From Nanobdellota archaeon (lineage in GTDB: Archaea > Nanobdellota > Nanobdellia > Woesearchaeales > JAHWHD01): a stretch of 42,254 nt of DNA. The DNA is taken from the NCBI GenBank assembly GCA_034722435.1, contig JAYENX010000021.1:1-42254 (forward strand). Direction: 5' to 3'. Both the position numbers and the translations under genes were made by a program. The notes beneath the pieces were generated by a model. The model was given only the letters and a program-made list of their open reading frames with translations. It ran no database searches and had not been told where the DNA came from. Within the stretch, counting starts at the first letter, position 1; every line of letters begins with the position of its first letter. Positions 1-8,451 of this stretch are shown piece by piece.

Positions 1-1661
1 CCTTTGATACTAAAGCCTGCTAGATCATCATAGAGTTGTAGAGTACAGAACTTAAAAGGTGGCGCAACTTTATTTTTCATTATCCTAACATTAACTACAC
101 GTCCTATATGGTTCTCTCCATTCATTATTTTCTTTCCAACTTTTAATTTGATCCTTACAGAGGCATAATATTTTAGTGCTAGTCCTCCGGTAGTTGTTTC
201 AGGATCACCAAAGAATACTCCAATCTTCATTCTTATTTGGTTAAGGAATATAACTGCAGTGTTGGTTCTAGCTATTACAGCTGTTAGTTTTCTCATTGCT
301 TGGCTCATCATCCTGGCCTGGAGTCCCATTTGAGAGTCTCCCATAGACCCCTCTATCTCTTTCTTAGGGACGAGAGCAGCTACAGAGTCAACAACGATCA
401 CCCCCACCTCGCCGGACCGGACTAGTTCTTCTACTATCTCTAGGGCTTCTTCTCCGTTGCTTGGTTGAGATATAACTAGTTTCTTAGTATCTATGCCAAG
501 TTTCTTAGCGTACTTTTGATCAAAGGCCATCTCAGCATCCACGAGAGCCACTGTCTCACTGTTAGCCTGCGCTTGAGCCATTATCATGAGGGCTAGGGTA
601 GATTTACCGGAATTATGGACAACAAATTTATTCGCAATATAATTATTATATGGACATTGGCATTTGATATCATACGTTTGTTTAATACCCACATTTTTAA
701 TTTTTCTTATAATATCAGTAGTTGCAATAAAATTTAATTTATCACCATTTCTTAATGCATGGAGCTTATTATGTTCTCTCCCGTCTAATAATTCTAAGTT
801 TTCTAACCTATTATCATGTGGAATAAAATTCTTATGATGAATATGATATCCTTTTGGAATTGTTTTTATTTTATTCTTGAATTTCTTTTTGCCATTTAAT
901 ATGTCAATATAATCATCAAATAAAAGCCCATTCATAAAGGCTTCATAAATAGCATTGGCTTTTTTAACCCTAAAATATGTATATTCTTTTTCAATTATCT
1001 TTTTTGGAGCAGTTGGGTGAGACTTTACATATATTTCTTTATATCTAATTTGTGGTACTCTGCCTTTTAACGGGGTATTATCGTGAACATATACTTCAGA
1101 ACCAACGCTTAATTTACTTAACGGTAAATAATTTCCGTACCCAATATAGAACTTATGGTCTTTAGTACATATAAGTTTCTTACCACTTTGTGTTTCAACT
1201 TTAAAACATTCTTTCTTTCCTGTATAAACAACATCAATTATTTTATTTTTTACAATTGCATCATTTTCATTTATAGAAGAGATATAAAAATCAGAATTGA
1301 TTGTTTGTTTTTTTTGATAATTTCCTGATCCTTTAATCGGAATCTTGTGAAATCTCTGATATAACCTTTCTATGGTCCCACCCTTTGAATTTTGTCTTCT
1401 CCCATTTTCTGTTCTCAGCTCATAAGGAATAAAAGTGTCGCCCACAAGACAACTTTCTTTTCCAAATATTTCTGTCACACGACCTTTAGGAATACCTCCT
1501 ATTCCAAGAGCGAGATCAAGAGATAGTATACCTGTAGGGATGTGACCAATCTTAATGCTTTTAAAGTCTGTATGGGACATAATAACATCAGATCCAAAGC
1601 GAGATTTAATGTTCTCTATTGCTTGAATTAGTCCTTCTTTTTGTTTTGTTTTTTTAGGCAT
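1..1661 (-). CDS. recA: RecA recombinase, intein-containing, C-terminus runs off the window
   Basis: Hand translation from ATG at 1661 gives [23 protein letters not shown]...[30 protein letters not shown]|intein|SGKSTLAL...VDAEMAFD...[11 protein letters not shown]...[11 protein letters not shown]...[16 protein letters not shown]...[33 protein letters not shown]...KNKVAPPFK. These are the canonical bacterial RecA motifs. There is no stop before position 1, which is why the ORF track omits it. Confidence 0.97.
   Translation of the reverse strand, partial: MPKKTKQKEGLIQAIENIKSRFGSDVIMSHTDFKSIKIGHIPTGILSLDLALGIGGIPKGRVTEIFGKESCLVGDTFIPYELRTENGRRQNSKGGTIERLYQRFHKIPIKGSGNYQKKQTINSDFYISSINENDAIVKNKIIDVVYTGKKECFKVETQSGKKLICTKDHKFYIGYGNYLPLSKLSVGSEVYVHDNTPLKGRVPQIRYKEIYVKSHPTAPKKIIEKEYTYFRVKKANAIYEAFMNGLLFDDYIDILNGKKKFKNKIKTIPKGYHIHHKNFIPHDNRLENLELLDGREHNKLHALRNGDKLNFIATTDIIRKIKNVGIKQTYDIKCQCPYNNYIANKFVVHNSGKSTLALMIMAQAQANSETVALVDAEMAFDQKYAKKLGIDTKKLVISQPSNGEEALEIVEELVRSGEVGVIVVDSVAALVPKKEIEGSMGDSQMGLQARMMSQAMRKLTAVIARTNTAVIFLNQIRMKIGVFFGDPETTTGGLALKYYASVRIKLKVGKKIMNGENHIGRVVNVRIMKNKVAPPFKFCTLQLYDDLAGFSIK
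612..1451 (-). mobile_element. Intein (280 aa) with HNH homing endonuclease, inserted in the RecA Walker A loop
   Basis: In-frame 840-nt insert. It starts CLVGDT, has block B TKDHKF and block F TYDIKC..NNYIAN, ends VVHN, and the +1 residue is Ser (SGKST). Internal [30 protein letters not shown] is an HNH motif. Confidence 0.95.
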
Positions 1662-1670
1662 AGTATTATA

Positions 1671-1943
1671 TTAGTTTTTTATTTTAGAAACTAAAAATCC
1701 TTTTTGACCCGGCTTAAAAGAACAATCTCTTTGTCCTTTAGGTGCTAGTCTGCCATTATTTAATCTATATCTTGTTCTTCCGGCACTAACAATATTACAT
1801 TTATATTTTTCAAAGCTTTTATGTGGGATCTTAACGACAATGTGTTTGCCAGTATTAAAGATATTGCAATTATCTAGATTAAGAATTATTCCGATATCTT
1901 TATTTAGATAGTCTCTAAGTTTGTTGATGATGTAGTTTATCAT
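1671..1943 (-). CDS. hypothetical protein
   Basis: 90-aa ORF, tightly packed and co-oriented; no motif recognised. Confidence 0.65.
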   Translation of the reverse strand: MINYIINKLRDYLNKDIGIILNLDNCNIFNTGKHIVVKIPHKSFEKYKCNIVSAGRTRYRLNNGRLAPKGQRDCSFKPGQKGFLVSKIKN

Positions 1944-1945
1944 AA

Positions 1946-2278
1946 TTATTCAATAAATTGTTCTAAATATTTAATTGGATCTTCACATAGAACCATTTCC
2001 TGTAGATGATATTGCCATATCTCTCCACAATATGTAGGTACTTCTTCGTCAGAGAGCATCCAGTTTTGTAGATCTAAGAATTTAGGTTCTGTTTGGGTTT
2101 TTTTCCAAAATGCCTTAGCAAAATCGTGAGAGAAAATAATAGATTCTAGTCCAATCCCTTTTTCCATTATATTATATTGTTCAACTTCTTTTCCAATCCA
2201 ATCAAAAATAGTATCATCATCAAAACCATTCCTAATTGCTTGCATTATTGCCTCTTTTAATATTTCTTTATTTGTCAT
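1946..2278 (-). CDS. hypothetical phage protein
   Basis: 110-aa ORF with a 4-nt overlap to the upstream gene. Confidence 0.75.
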   Translation of the reverse strand: MTNKEILKEAIMQAIRNGFDDDTIFDWIGKEVEQYNIMEKGIGLESIIFSHDFAKAFWKKTQTEPKFLDLQNWMLSDEEVPTYCGEIWQYHLQEMVLCEDPIKYLEQFIE

Positions 2279-2679
2279 AATTTAATAGTTTTTAAAATCT
2301 CTTTTATAGATTTATCTGCCCACTCTCTATCACTATCTTTCTCTTTTTCGGATAATGCTTTATAATTAGTTTCTATTTGTCTCATCCATCTTTCTTGATT
2401 TTCAGAAGTTAAGTTTTTAAGCATATAATCCGTCCAATGAACCCATTGTTGATGTTCTAAGTCTGCTAATTTTTCTCTGCTTTCTTTAATTGTTTCCTTT
2501 ATCCTTTCCCTCTCTTCTTTTCTTACTCTGTCTATTGTTCGGTCTATTATTTCATTAAATACCTTAATAAAGTTTTTGTTTATGACTATAAGCGTCCTAC
2601 CATAATCTGTCATTTTATCGCCATCAAGTAAATTGGCTTCAAAGTATCCTCGTGCTTCTTTTTTAAGTGTGTCTTTCAT
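2275..2679 (-). CDS. hypothetical phage protein
   Basis: 134-aa ORF in the operon; no motif recognised. Confidence 0.75.
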   Translation of the reverse strand: MKDTLKKEARGYFEANLLDGDKMTDYGRTLIVINKNFIKVFNEIIDRTIDRVRKEERERIKETIKESREKLADLEHQQWVHWTDYMLKNLTSENQERWMRQIETNYKALSEKEKDSDREWADKSIKEILKTIKL

Positions 2680-2693
2680 AGTAATTAGTTTAA

Positions 2694-2861
2694 TTAATTA
2701 ATTTTCCTTAATCCACAATAATCTCCGTCTTTAATTACCCATTTTTTAATATCACTATAATATATTGCATAGAAATCTCCACTCGGGTCGCAATGAACCA
2801 CGCTATTCTTGGGTTGCTTCTGTAAGTATATCCTCATTTGTAATTTTCTGAACCATTTCAT
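2694..2861 (-). CDS. small hypothetical protein (55 aa)
   Basis: Hand-translated MKWFRKLQMRIYLQKQPKNSVVHCDPSGDFYAIYY...; fills a gap in the operon and is below the ORF-track cutoff. Confidence 0.5.
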   Translation of the reverse strand: MKWFRKLQMRIYLQKQPKNSVVHCDPSGDFYAIYYSDIKKWVIKDGDYCGLRKIN

Positions 2862-2915
2862 AGTTTGTATACATTTATTTTTGAATAGATATAAAGTAGG
2901 GTGGTTTGTATAGGT

Positions 2916-3050
2916 TTATTTTTGACTATAAATATATCCTGCTACTAAAAACATACCAACGATCCAAGTCTCCGGACTTACAGGATAAAAGAATATATCT
3001 ATGGTTAATATTATTATTCCAAGTGTTCCAAATATTAGTTTCATAATCAT
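2916..3050 (-). CDS. small membrane protein (44 aa)
   Basis: Hand-translated MIMKLIFGTLGIIILTIDIFFYPVSPETWIVGMFLVAGYIYSQK, with two hydrophobic stretches. Confidence 0.5.
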   Translation of the reverse strand: MIMKLIFGTLGIIILTIDIFFYPVSPETWIVGMFLVAGYIYSQK

Positions 3051-3068
3051 GGTTTTATTATTAGTTAG

Positions 3069-3395
3069 TTATAATGTTCCTCTAATATTTAATAAAACTT
3101 CGCTTTCTTCTGTATTATATCCATCGTCTGCAATATAGTGAGAGATTTTTTTGCCTGTTTCATGAATAATTTTATTCGCTATTTTCTCTATCTCATTAAA
3201 TTGCTTTTTTTCTTCTTTATTATATTTTAGAAATCCTTCTGAATCTAATCGTTCTTTAATGTCTGTTATAATGTCTATTAGTTTCCAACCGTAAGCTGTA
3301 CCCCCTCCAGTTCTTACACTTATTTTATAATTAGGGAAAGCTTTAATAAGTGCTTTTTTAATATTTCTATTGTCTTGTGGTATTGAGATGTCCAT
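3069..3395 (-). CDS. hypothetical protein (weak resemblance to LPD29-type domains)
   Basis: Segment IKKALIKAFPNYKISVRTGGG recalls LPD29-like phage proteins; this is an impression only. Confidence 0.7.
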   Translation of the reverse strand: MDISIPQDNRNIKKALIKAFPNYKISVRTGGGTAYGWKLIDIITDIKERLDSEGFLKYNKEEKKQFNEIEKIANKIIHETGKKISHYIADDGYNTEESEVLLNIRGTL

Positions 3396-3610
3396 AATAT
3401 TTTATAGGTTTATTAATCAATAATTATCCTAGCTTTATTTTTATATTTATGTAGGTATTTTATCACACCAAAAATTGAACAGATATCGTCCCTTGCTAAA
3501 TTTCCTCCTCTAAATTCAATTCTCATATAATATCTGCCAATTAGTTTATATTTTATTTTTTCTAATAAAGTAAAATTATCTTGCATATTATTATATTAAA
3601 ACTTTTCCTC

Positions 3611-3793
3611 TTAATAATAAAACTTTTTAAAATCATCTACATTAAAATCTTTTAGATTGTAGCAAACTATATCTGCCTCATCTTTTGTTAATTGGATTGT
3701 TCTATTTCCCCAGTTAATATACAAGGCCCCATTTTTTGCTTGATATACTGTCGTTGTTATTTCCAATAGTCCATTTTTTTCTTTTATTTTCAT
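3611..3793 (-). CDS. hypothetical protein
   Basis: 60-aa ORF overlapping the methyltransferase stop by 4 nt. Confidence 0.65.
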   Translation of the reverse strand: MKIKEKNGLLEITTTVYQAKNGALYINWGNRTIQLTKDEADIVCYNLKDFNVDDFKKFYY

Positions 3794-4434
3794 AATAATT
3801 TACTATGTTCTCTAAATGCTTCTTGAAATATATGTAAACCAGTTTCAGGTTCTACACAATTTCTTAATAATAATCTTTTATTAATTTTTGCATATTTAGA
3901 TAAATCAATATTATATAATTTTTCAAAATCACTTGCTTTATATATTCGAACAGGACTTTTACTATATTTCTTAGATTGTTGTGATATTTTGCTTGAGCTA
4001 ACTTTTATATCTGATATATAAAAGTTTGACCAATACCAATGTCTTCCAATTTTTTGTGGTTCTATCAAAGGTTTATAATAAGCCATAACATTTTCAACAC
4101 ACCATTTGCCACCAAAATGCTTATCTAATAAAATAATTTCTTCATATAATTTCATATCTGGATAGACTGCTTTTACTTTTCCGCTACAAAATCCAAGACC
4201 AAACCTAACTCTACTATGACTTGGGCAAGGTGGGCTACTCCAGATAAAATCAAACTCTCTAAAGTGGTCTAAAAGATATTGATGAGCGTCTGCGACTATA
4301 ACCTTATCTTTAGGAAAAAAGTCTTTATAAATCTTGGCTATTTCAGGTTTGTATTCTATTGCAGTTATATCGTGTTTATTTCCCCACAAACGTCTATTAC
4401 CCCCAATACCTGCATATAAGTTAAGTATTTTCAT
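3790..4434 (-). CDS. DNA (cytosine-5)-methyltransferase, compact orphan type
   Basis: Motif I LYAGIGG, motif IV SPPCPSHS with the catalytic Cys, motif VI ENV, and motif X-like RNCVEP. Confidence 0.9.
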   Translation of the reverse strand: MKILNLYAGIGGNRRLWGNKHDITAIEYKPEIAKIYKDFFPKDKVIVADAHQYLLDHFREFDFIWSSPPCPSHSRVRFGLGFCSGKVKAVYPDMKLYEEIILLDKHFGGKWCVENVMAYYKPLIEPQKIGRHWYWSNFYISDIKVSSSKISQQSKKYSKSPVRIYKASDFEKLYNIDLSKYAKINKRLLLRNCVEPETGLHIFQEAFREHSKLL

Positions 4435-4437
4435 TTT

Positions 4438-4752
4438 TTATTTATTTAATCTCTTTTGTTCGTATTCCTCTTTAGTAATTCCACCTTTAGCGACTTCAGG
4501 GTAATACTTATAGTCAATTGTACGATCAGGACATTCAGCGAATACTAGTTGGCCGAACTTCTTGATTAGTTTCCGGCCGTCGTGAGAGTAGCGCTCTCCT
4601 GGTGGATTACCAGCCCAAGACCAATAAGGAGATAGAGAGCAACCTAATCTCTTGATCCTAATTGGTTTGCCGGTGGCCCAGACAATCAATGCTCTTTCGT
4701 ATTCTTCTTCTGTTAATTGAAAGGTGTCTGAATTGTATTTTACTGTTTTCAT
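4438..4752 (-). CDS. hypothetical protein downstream of the initiator
   Basis: 104-aa ORF in the position usually held by a helicase loader, but with no Walker A motif. Confidence 0.75.
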   Translation of the reverse strand: MKTVKYNSDTFQLTEEEYERALIVWATGKPIRIKRLGCSLSPYWSWAGNPPGERYSHDGRKLIKKFGQLVFAECPDRTIDYKYYPEVAKGGITKEEYEQKRLNK

Positions 4753-4760
4753 AATAATTT

Positions 4761-5534
4761 CTAGACTTCTTCTATTTTATTTTTATTAGCTTGTTCTTTT
4801 TCTCTTTTAAAATAAATATGTAATTTACCTAATTTTTCTTTAAACTCATAAGGTGTTGTCACTACCGGAGCATATTGTTTTCCCTGAATAGCAATAGTCT
4901 GTTTTACCATTCTAGTTATTTGATCAAAGCCGAATTTCTTTATTAAGGTTTCAGTAGCCGAACGAGATGTTTTATTTGCAAAGTTTATTGTTGGATTTAT
5001 TGACTCATAAAATAAATTAAAAATTTCATTTATTTGTCCTGCAATCTCTGATTGCATATACTTTGTTTTGTCTCTTTGTTTCCCTTTCTTTTGTAGGTTA
5101 AGTTTCTTAACCGATATCGGTAAAGTATCTTTACTACTTGGTGAAAGTTTCTTAACCACTTTACTAGTTAACTTTCTTAACTGGTTAACTTTCTTAACTA
5201 CTTTATCTATATCCATATGTAGATTTATTTGATAGATATTTCCGATATTTGATTCCTCTATAATGATCGCTCCTGCCTTTTTAAGATTTTTTAATGCTTC
5301 ATTAACAGATGGCCTTGATAATCCTGTGCCATAATCTAATTGTTCATCATCTTTACTTTTAATTCCATCTATAAATTGACTAAAACTAATCCTGTCTTTT
5401 TCTTTATGAAATCCATAAGTCCGGCGACTAATATAAAGCAAACATCTTGCCTCTGCTGGAGGTAATTGTGGAATAAGAAAATCAAGAATAACATTCGGAA
5501 TTTGTGTTGAATTGGGAATTAGTTTTTTACTCAT
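4761..5534 (-). CDS. lambda O-like replication initiator
   Basis: N-terminal TQIPNVILD...LLYISRRTYGFHKEKDRISFSQF...GLSRPSVNEALKNL winged-HTH signature, and a central low-complexity linker that encodes iterons. Confidence 0.88.
   Translation of the reverse strand: MSKKLIPNSTQIPNVILDFLIPQLPPAEARCLLYISRRTYGFHKEKDRISFSQFIDGIKSKDDEQLDYGTGLSRPSVNEALKNLKKAGAIIIEESNIGNIYQINLHMDIDKVVKKVNQLRKLTSKVVKKLSPSSKDTLPISVKKLNLQKKGKQRDKTKYMQSEIAGQINEIFNLFYESINPTINFANKTSRSATETLIKKFGFDQITRMVKQTIAIQGKQYAPVVTTPYEFKEKLGKLHIYFKREKEQANKNKIEEV
5060..5199. repeat. putative replication origin: four 17-bp iterons plus a strand-biased AT-rich tract inside the initiator gene
   Basis: GGTTAAGTTTCTTAACC at 5096-5112, a degenerate copy ending at 5157, AGTTAACTTTCTTAACT at 5166-5182 and GGTTAACTTTCTTAACT at 5183-5199. 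A pyrimidine-rich tract lies at about 5061-5094. The layout matches lambda ori inside gene O. Confidence 0.75.
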
Positions 5535-5548
5535 AAAACTAAAGTTTC

Positions 5549-5905
5549 TTATTTATTTTCTTTACTCATTTTAATTAATGCTAATTCTTCTTCACTTGGA
5601 AAGGGAATATGCACTCCAAACTTCTCTCCAAGATGACGATTTAAAGTATCAAATACCTTATCTATATCTTTTCTTCTAAGTAACTTGGTTGTTGATTTCT
5701 TGTGTAAAACTAATTCTTGAATGGGTTTCCAGAGATAATCCTTAACTGAGCGACCGTCCCAGGGAATATCAATCTCTGGCTTTAATACGGCCTTCATGTC
5801 CAACCCAGCATTATTTAGTGCTTTAGCAAGTTTAGTGAAGAAAAGGTGCAAAGCTCTGTTCTGCTGGGTTGATCGTTTTTCCTTTATTTGTTTTGTAGTC
5901 ATCAT
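5549..5905 (-). CDS. NinB/YbcN-like recombination accessory protein
   Basis: RSTQQNRALH motif at the N-terminus, KSTTKL and FGVHIPFP at the C-terminus. Confidence 0.7.
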   Translation of the reverse strand: MMTTKQIKEKRSTQQNRALHLFFTKLAKALNNAGLDMKAVLKPEIDIPWDGRSVKDYLWKPIQELVLHKKSTTKLLRRKDIDKVFDTLNRHLGEKFGVHIPFPSEEELALIKMSKENK

Positions 5906-5919
5906 TTTTTAACGCTATT

Positions 5920-6432
5920 TTAAAAAGGAATTTCTTCTACATCAATTTCTTCCACGCCAGTAGGTTGATTTATAGATTGATTCGGTTGATTATCAATATC
6001 TCTTTCTCCCATATCTGGCTCGTCAGGTGCGTGAGGTCCATTCATTATAAGTTCTTGATCGGCGTCAGCGTATTTGCTTGCCATTATCTCAACTCCAAAA
6101 GCTATTCGCCTTAATAGTCTTATTGACTCGCTAGGCTTAGATTGAACAACTTGTTGGGCAGACTGAACAGGTTGTTGGGCAGGTCGTTGGGCTGTTTGGA
6201 TTTGTTGGGGAGTAATGATATCTCTGTTTGTGTAAGTTCTTCCATTTTTAACTGTTTGTTTTTCATTGTAATCAAATGAAGCGTTTTGTCCAATCTGTAA
6301 TTGACTGGCAAAAGTTTGGTTAAAAGTAGTATAAACCAATCCATTGATTGTGATTTTATACATTGTCCACGGACCCTTGGCTCCAACTCCTGACTTTGTT
6401 TCTATACCTTGAACGATACCTTGAATTTGCAT
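5920..6432 (-). CDS. single-stranded DNA-binding protein-like
   Basis: Beta-rich N-terminal domain, Gln/Pro-rich linker and an acidic tail ending EEIDVEEIPF, like the SSB C-terminal tip. Confidence 0.7.
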   Translation of the reverse strand: MQIQGIVQGIETKSGVGAKGPWTMYKITINGLVYTTFNQTFASQLQIGQNASFDYNEKQTVKNGRTYTNRDIITPQQIQTAQRPAQQPVQSAQQVVQSKPSESIRLLRRIAFGVEIMASKYADADQELIMNGPHAPDEPDMGERDIDNQPNQSINQPTGVEEIDVEEIPF

Positions 6433-6436
6433 AATT

Positions 6437-7303
6437 TTATTTTTTAGATTGATAAATTATATTTGGACAATACTCTTTATAACCTTTCTCATTTTTAACT
6501 GAAAGATTATTTTTAACATTGACTATCCATCTGTGGACCTCTCGTAAGTGTAAAAACACTTCTTGATCAAACTTTAAGTCTGTATTAGCGAGTGCAACTT
6601 CTAAATCATCGCTATCTTTTGGCAATCTTACGACTATTCGTTCTTCAGCTGTAATTCCCATCTGGGCTTTAAGCATTCCTAAATATGCAGCAGTTTGAAT
6701 TCCTGTGTCCTCTGAAAAACGAGAAGATGTTTTAAAATCCACTAAAGCTAGTTTTTTATCTTTACCGTATATTGCAAGGGCGTCTAGTGTTCCAGCTACA
6801 TTGTGTTTCTTTGATGCAATAATTTCTTCGCTTAACAACCATTGAACATCCCATTCTTTTTCCCATTTGTGAAATGATTTAACAGAGCTATTAAGAAAGT
6901 CTTTTTTCTTTTTGTCTAACTTTTGGGAGTTTTTGTATTCTTCAGTTTCTTTAAAGTCTATTTTCTGAATATAACATTCTAAATACTTATGTAGGATTGT
7001 TCCAATATCACAAGCCTTATCTTTTTTAATTCGCCAAGCACCTTTGCCTTTTAATAGCAATTTGTCTTTTGATGTCTTTGTATATTTTTTCTTCAAATCC
7101 CAATTTTCAGTCAAGAATAAATACATTTCTTTGACAGTCCACGTCTTTAAAAAGCCTTTTTCTTTAGCATCGATAATAGTCGTCACGCCTGTTAGTTTCA
7201 TTTTGTCTGATTGTCTTGTATAGACGTGTCGTCCATCAATCTTAACATCAGCTGGCTTGTAAGTTAGTCCTAGTTGTTCCCAAAGTTTTTTGTTTACTTG
7301 CAT
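6437..7303 (-). CDS. PD-(D/E)XK phage exonuclease (Cas4/RecB-like fold)
   Basis: GTILHKYLE, VAGTLDALA, VDFKTS and QTAAY motifs. Confidence 0.85.
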   Translation of the reverse strand: MQVNKKLWEQLGLTYKPADVKIDGRHVYTRQSDKMKLTGVTTIIDAKEKGFLKTWTVKEMYLFLTENWDLKKKYTKTSKDKLLLKGKGAWRIKKDKACDIGTILHKYLECYIQKIDFKETEEYKNSQKLDKKKKDFLNSSVKSFHKWEKEWDVQWLLSEEIIASKKHNVAGTLDALAIYGKDKKLALVDFKTSSRFSEDTGIQTAAYLGMLKAQMGITAEERIVVRLPKDSDDLEVALANTDLKFDQEVFLHLREVHRWIVNVKNNLSVKNEKGYKEYCPNIIYQSKK

Positions 7304-7528
7304 AATTTTATTTTTATTTTAATAATTAAATCGACCTTTTAGCGATTACCATATATGTCGTATGGCTCAGCCACACCACCTATTGGATATTCCTCTGTTG
7401 GTTTGTCCATATTTACATTAGTTAAAAAATAAATGGCCTGTGTGAGATTTTATGGCAGTTGCAGTAGATTACACCTTTTAGGGCTAGAACAGCCTGGTAA
7501 TTGATTCTAGCCCCTTAAAGTTGCCCTG

Positions 7529-7675
7529 TTAACCAGCTAGTCCAATGAAAAAACCTAGAATAAAGGAAATAGAGAAAACAATAATTAAGAATCTCCAGTA
7601 TCCGGACCAAAAGACGTCTAGTACTCCTTTGTCTTCATCGATGTACTTTTTAAGTTTTGGATTTAAGAATCCCAT
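7529..7675 (-). CDS. small membrane protein (48 aa)
   Basis: Hand-translated MGFLNPKLKKYIDEDKGVLDVFWSGYWRFLIIVFSISFILGFFIGLAG, with a C-terminal transmembrane helix; starts 4 nt after the upstream stop. Confidence 0.6.
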   Translation of the reverse strand: MGFLNPKLKKYIDEDKGVLDVFWSGYWRFLIIVFSISFILGFFIGLAG

Positions 7676-7678
7676 AAT

Positions 7679-8050
7679 TTATTTATTAAAAGAATTAAAT
7701 TTACCTGTTTTAATATTCTCATTTTTAATGAATAGATCAACGATCTCGTCTAATGTGGCCCAGTTGAACTTCAGTAACTGATTAATGCAATGAATAACAT
7801 GTCCGCAATTACAAGTCCATAGATTATTTTTATCATCTTTGATCCATTTTTTAATCTGCTTTTTAATTTCTGATTTGGAATATTCAGATTTTGGTTTCTC
7901 CCAACAACGCATATCCCAGAGATATTCTTCTTTAATTATATGCTCTTCATATTCTTTGGCAGTAAAAGGGCATTCTTTCTTTTCTTTCTTTAATAACTGA
8001 TCCTGCTCGGACTTGATGATTTGTTTGTTGCTTTGAAATAATGTTTTCAT
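7679..8050 (-). CDS. hypothetical protein with Cys/His cluster
   Basis: 123 aa, contains WTCNCGHVIHC. Confidence 0.7.
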   Translation of the reverse strand: MKTLFQSNKQIIKSEQDQLLKKEKKECPFTAKEYEEHIIKEEYLWDMRCWEKPKSEYSKSEIKKQIKKWIKDDKNNLWTCNCGHVIHCINQLLKFNWATLDEIVDLFIKNENIKTGKFNSFNK

Positions 8051-8059
8051 AATTATTAG

Positions 8060-8186
8060 TGAGGGGGGTCAGATTTACACTGGCACAGAGCGTCATCGCC
8101 GGTCGACGGGCTGTCCGCTCTAGATTAATATTAAAGACAATGCAAGCATTAATTTAATCCGTGTCTAATAGTTCCACCACCCCCTC
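8060..8186 (-). ncRNA. oversized tRNA-like element (class II/Leu-like scaffold, non-canonical anticodon arm)
   Basis: Acceptor GAGGGGG/CCCCCTC followed by A73; U8-G9; D arm GTG-GAACTATTAGA-CAC; stem GATTAA/TTAATC around a 25-nt insert; variable stem AGAGCG/CGCTCT; T arm GCCAG-TGTAAAT-CTGAC with one mismatch. No CCA is encoded. Confidence 0.55.
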
Positions 8187-8201
8187 ATGTTAAATTATTT
8201 T

Positions 8202-8417
8202 TTAAACTAATTCGTCAACGTACTTTGTCCCGATGTTCCATTTCTTTTTATTTTGTTGTTTGGACTCCCTTCTTTTATAATAAGATTCTAATGCTTTGTC
8301 TCCCTCTCTAATACAGTTTTTACAGCATCCACACTTTTCGTCGTACTCTTCAGGTTTATTTGAATAGTCTTTGCCACATATAGGGCAGGTTCCTTTAGGA
8401 ATGATTTTTTTGTCCAT
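8202..8417 (-). CDS. small Zn-finger-like protein
   Basis: CPICG...CGCCKNC. Confidence 0.7.
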   Translation of the reverse strand: MDKKIIPKGTCPICGKDYSNKPEEYDEKCGCCKNCIREGDKALESYYKRRESKQQNKKKWNIGTKYVDELV

Positions 8418-8451
8418 AATTTTATTATTTAAAATTAATTATTATTTAGTT

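Noticed and set aside
7440-7528. preQ1-like GTTCTAG and c-di-GMP-like CAGGGCAA words
   Set aside because: The required partners are missing: no A-rich AAAAAACUA tail, no GAAA tetraloop and no GCAAAGC.
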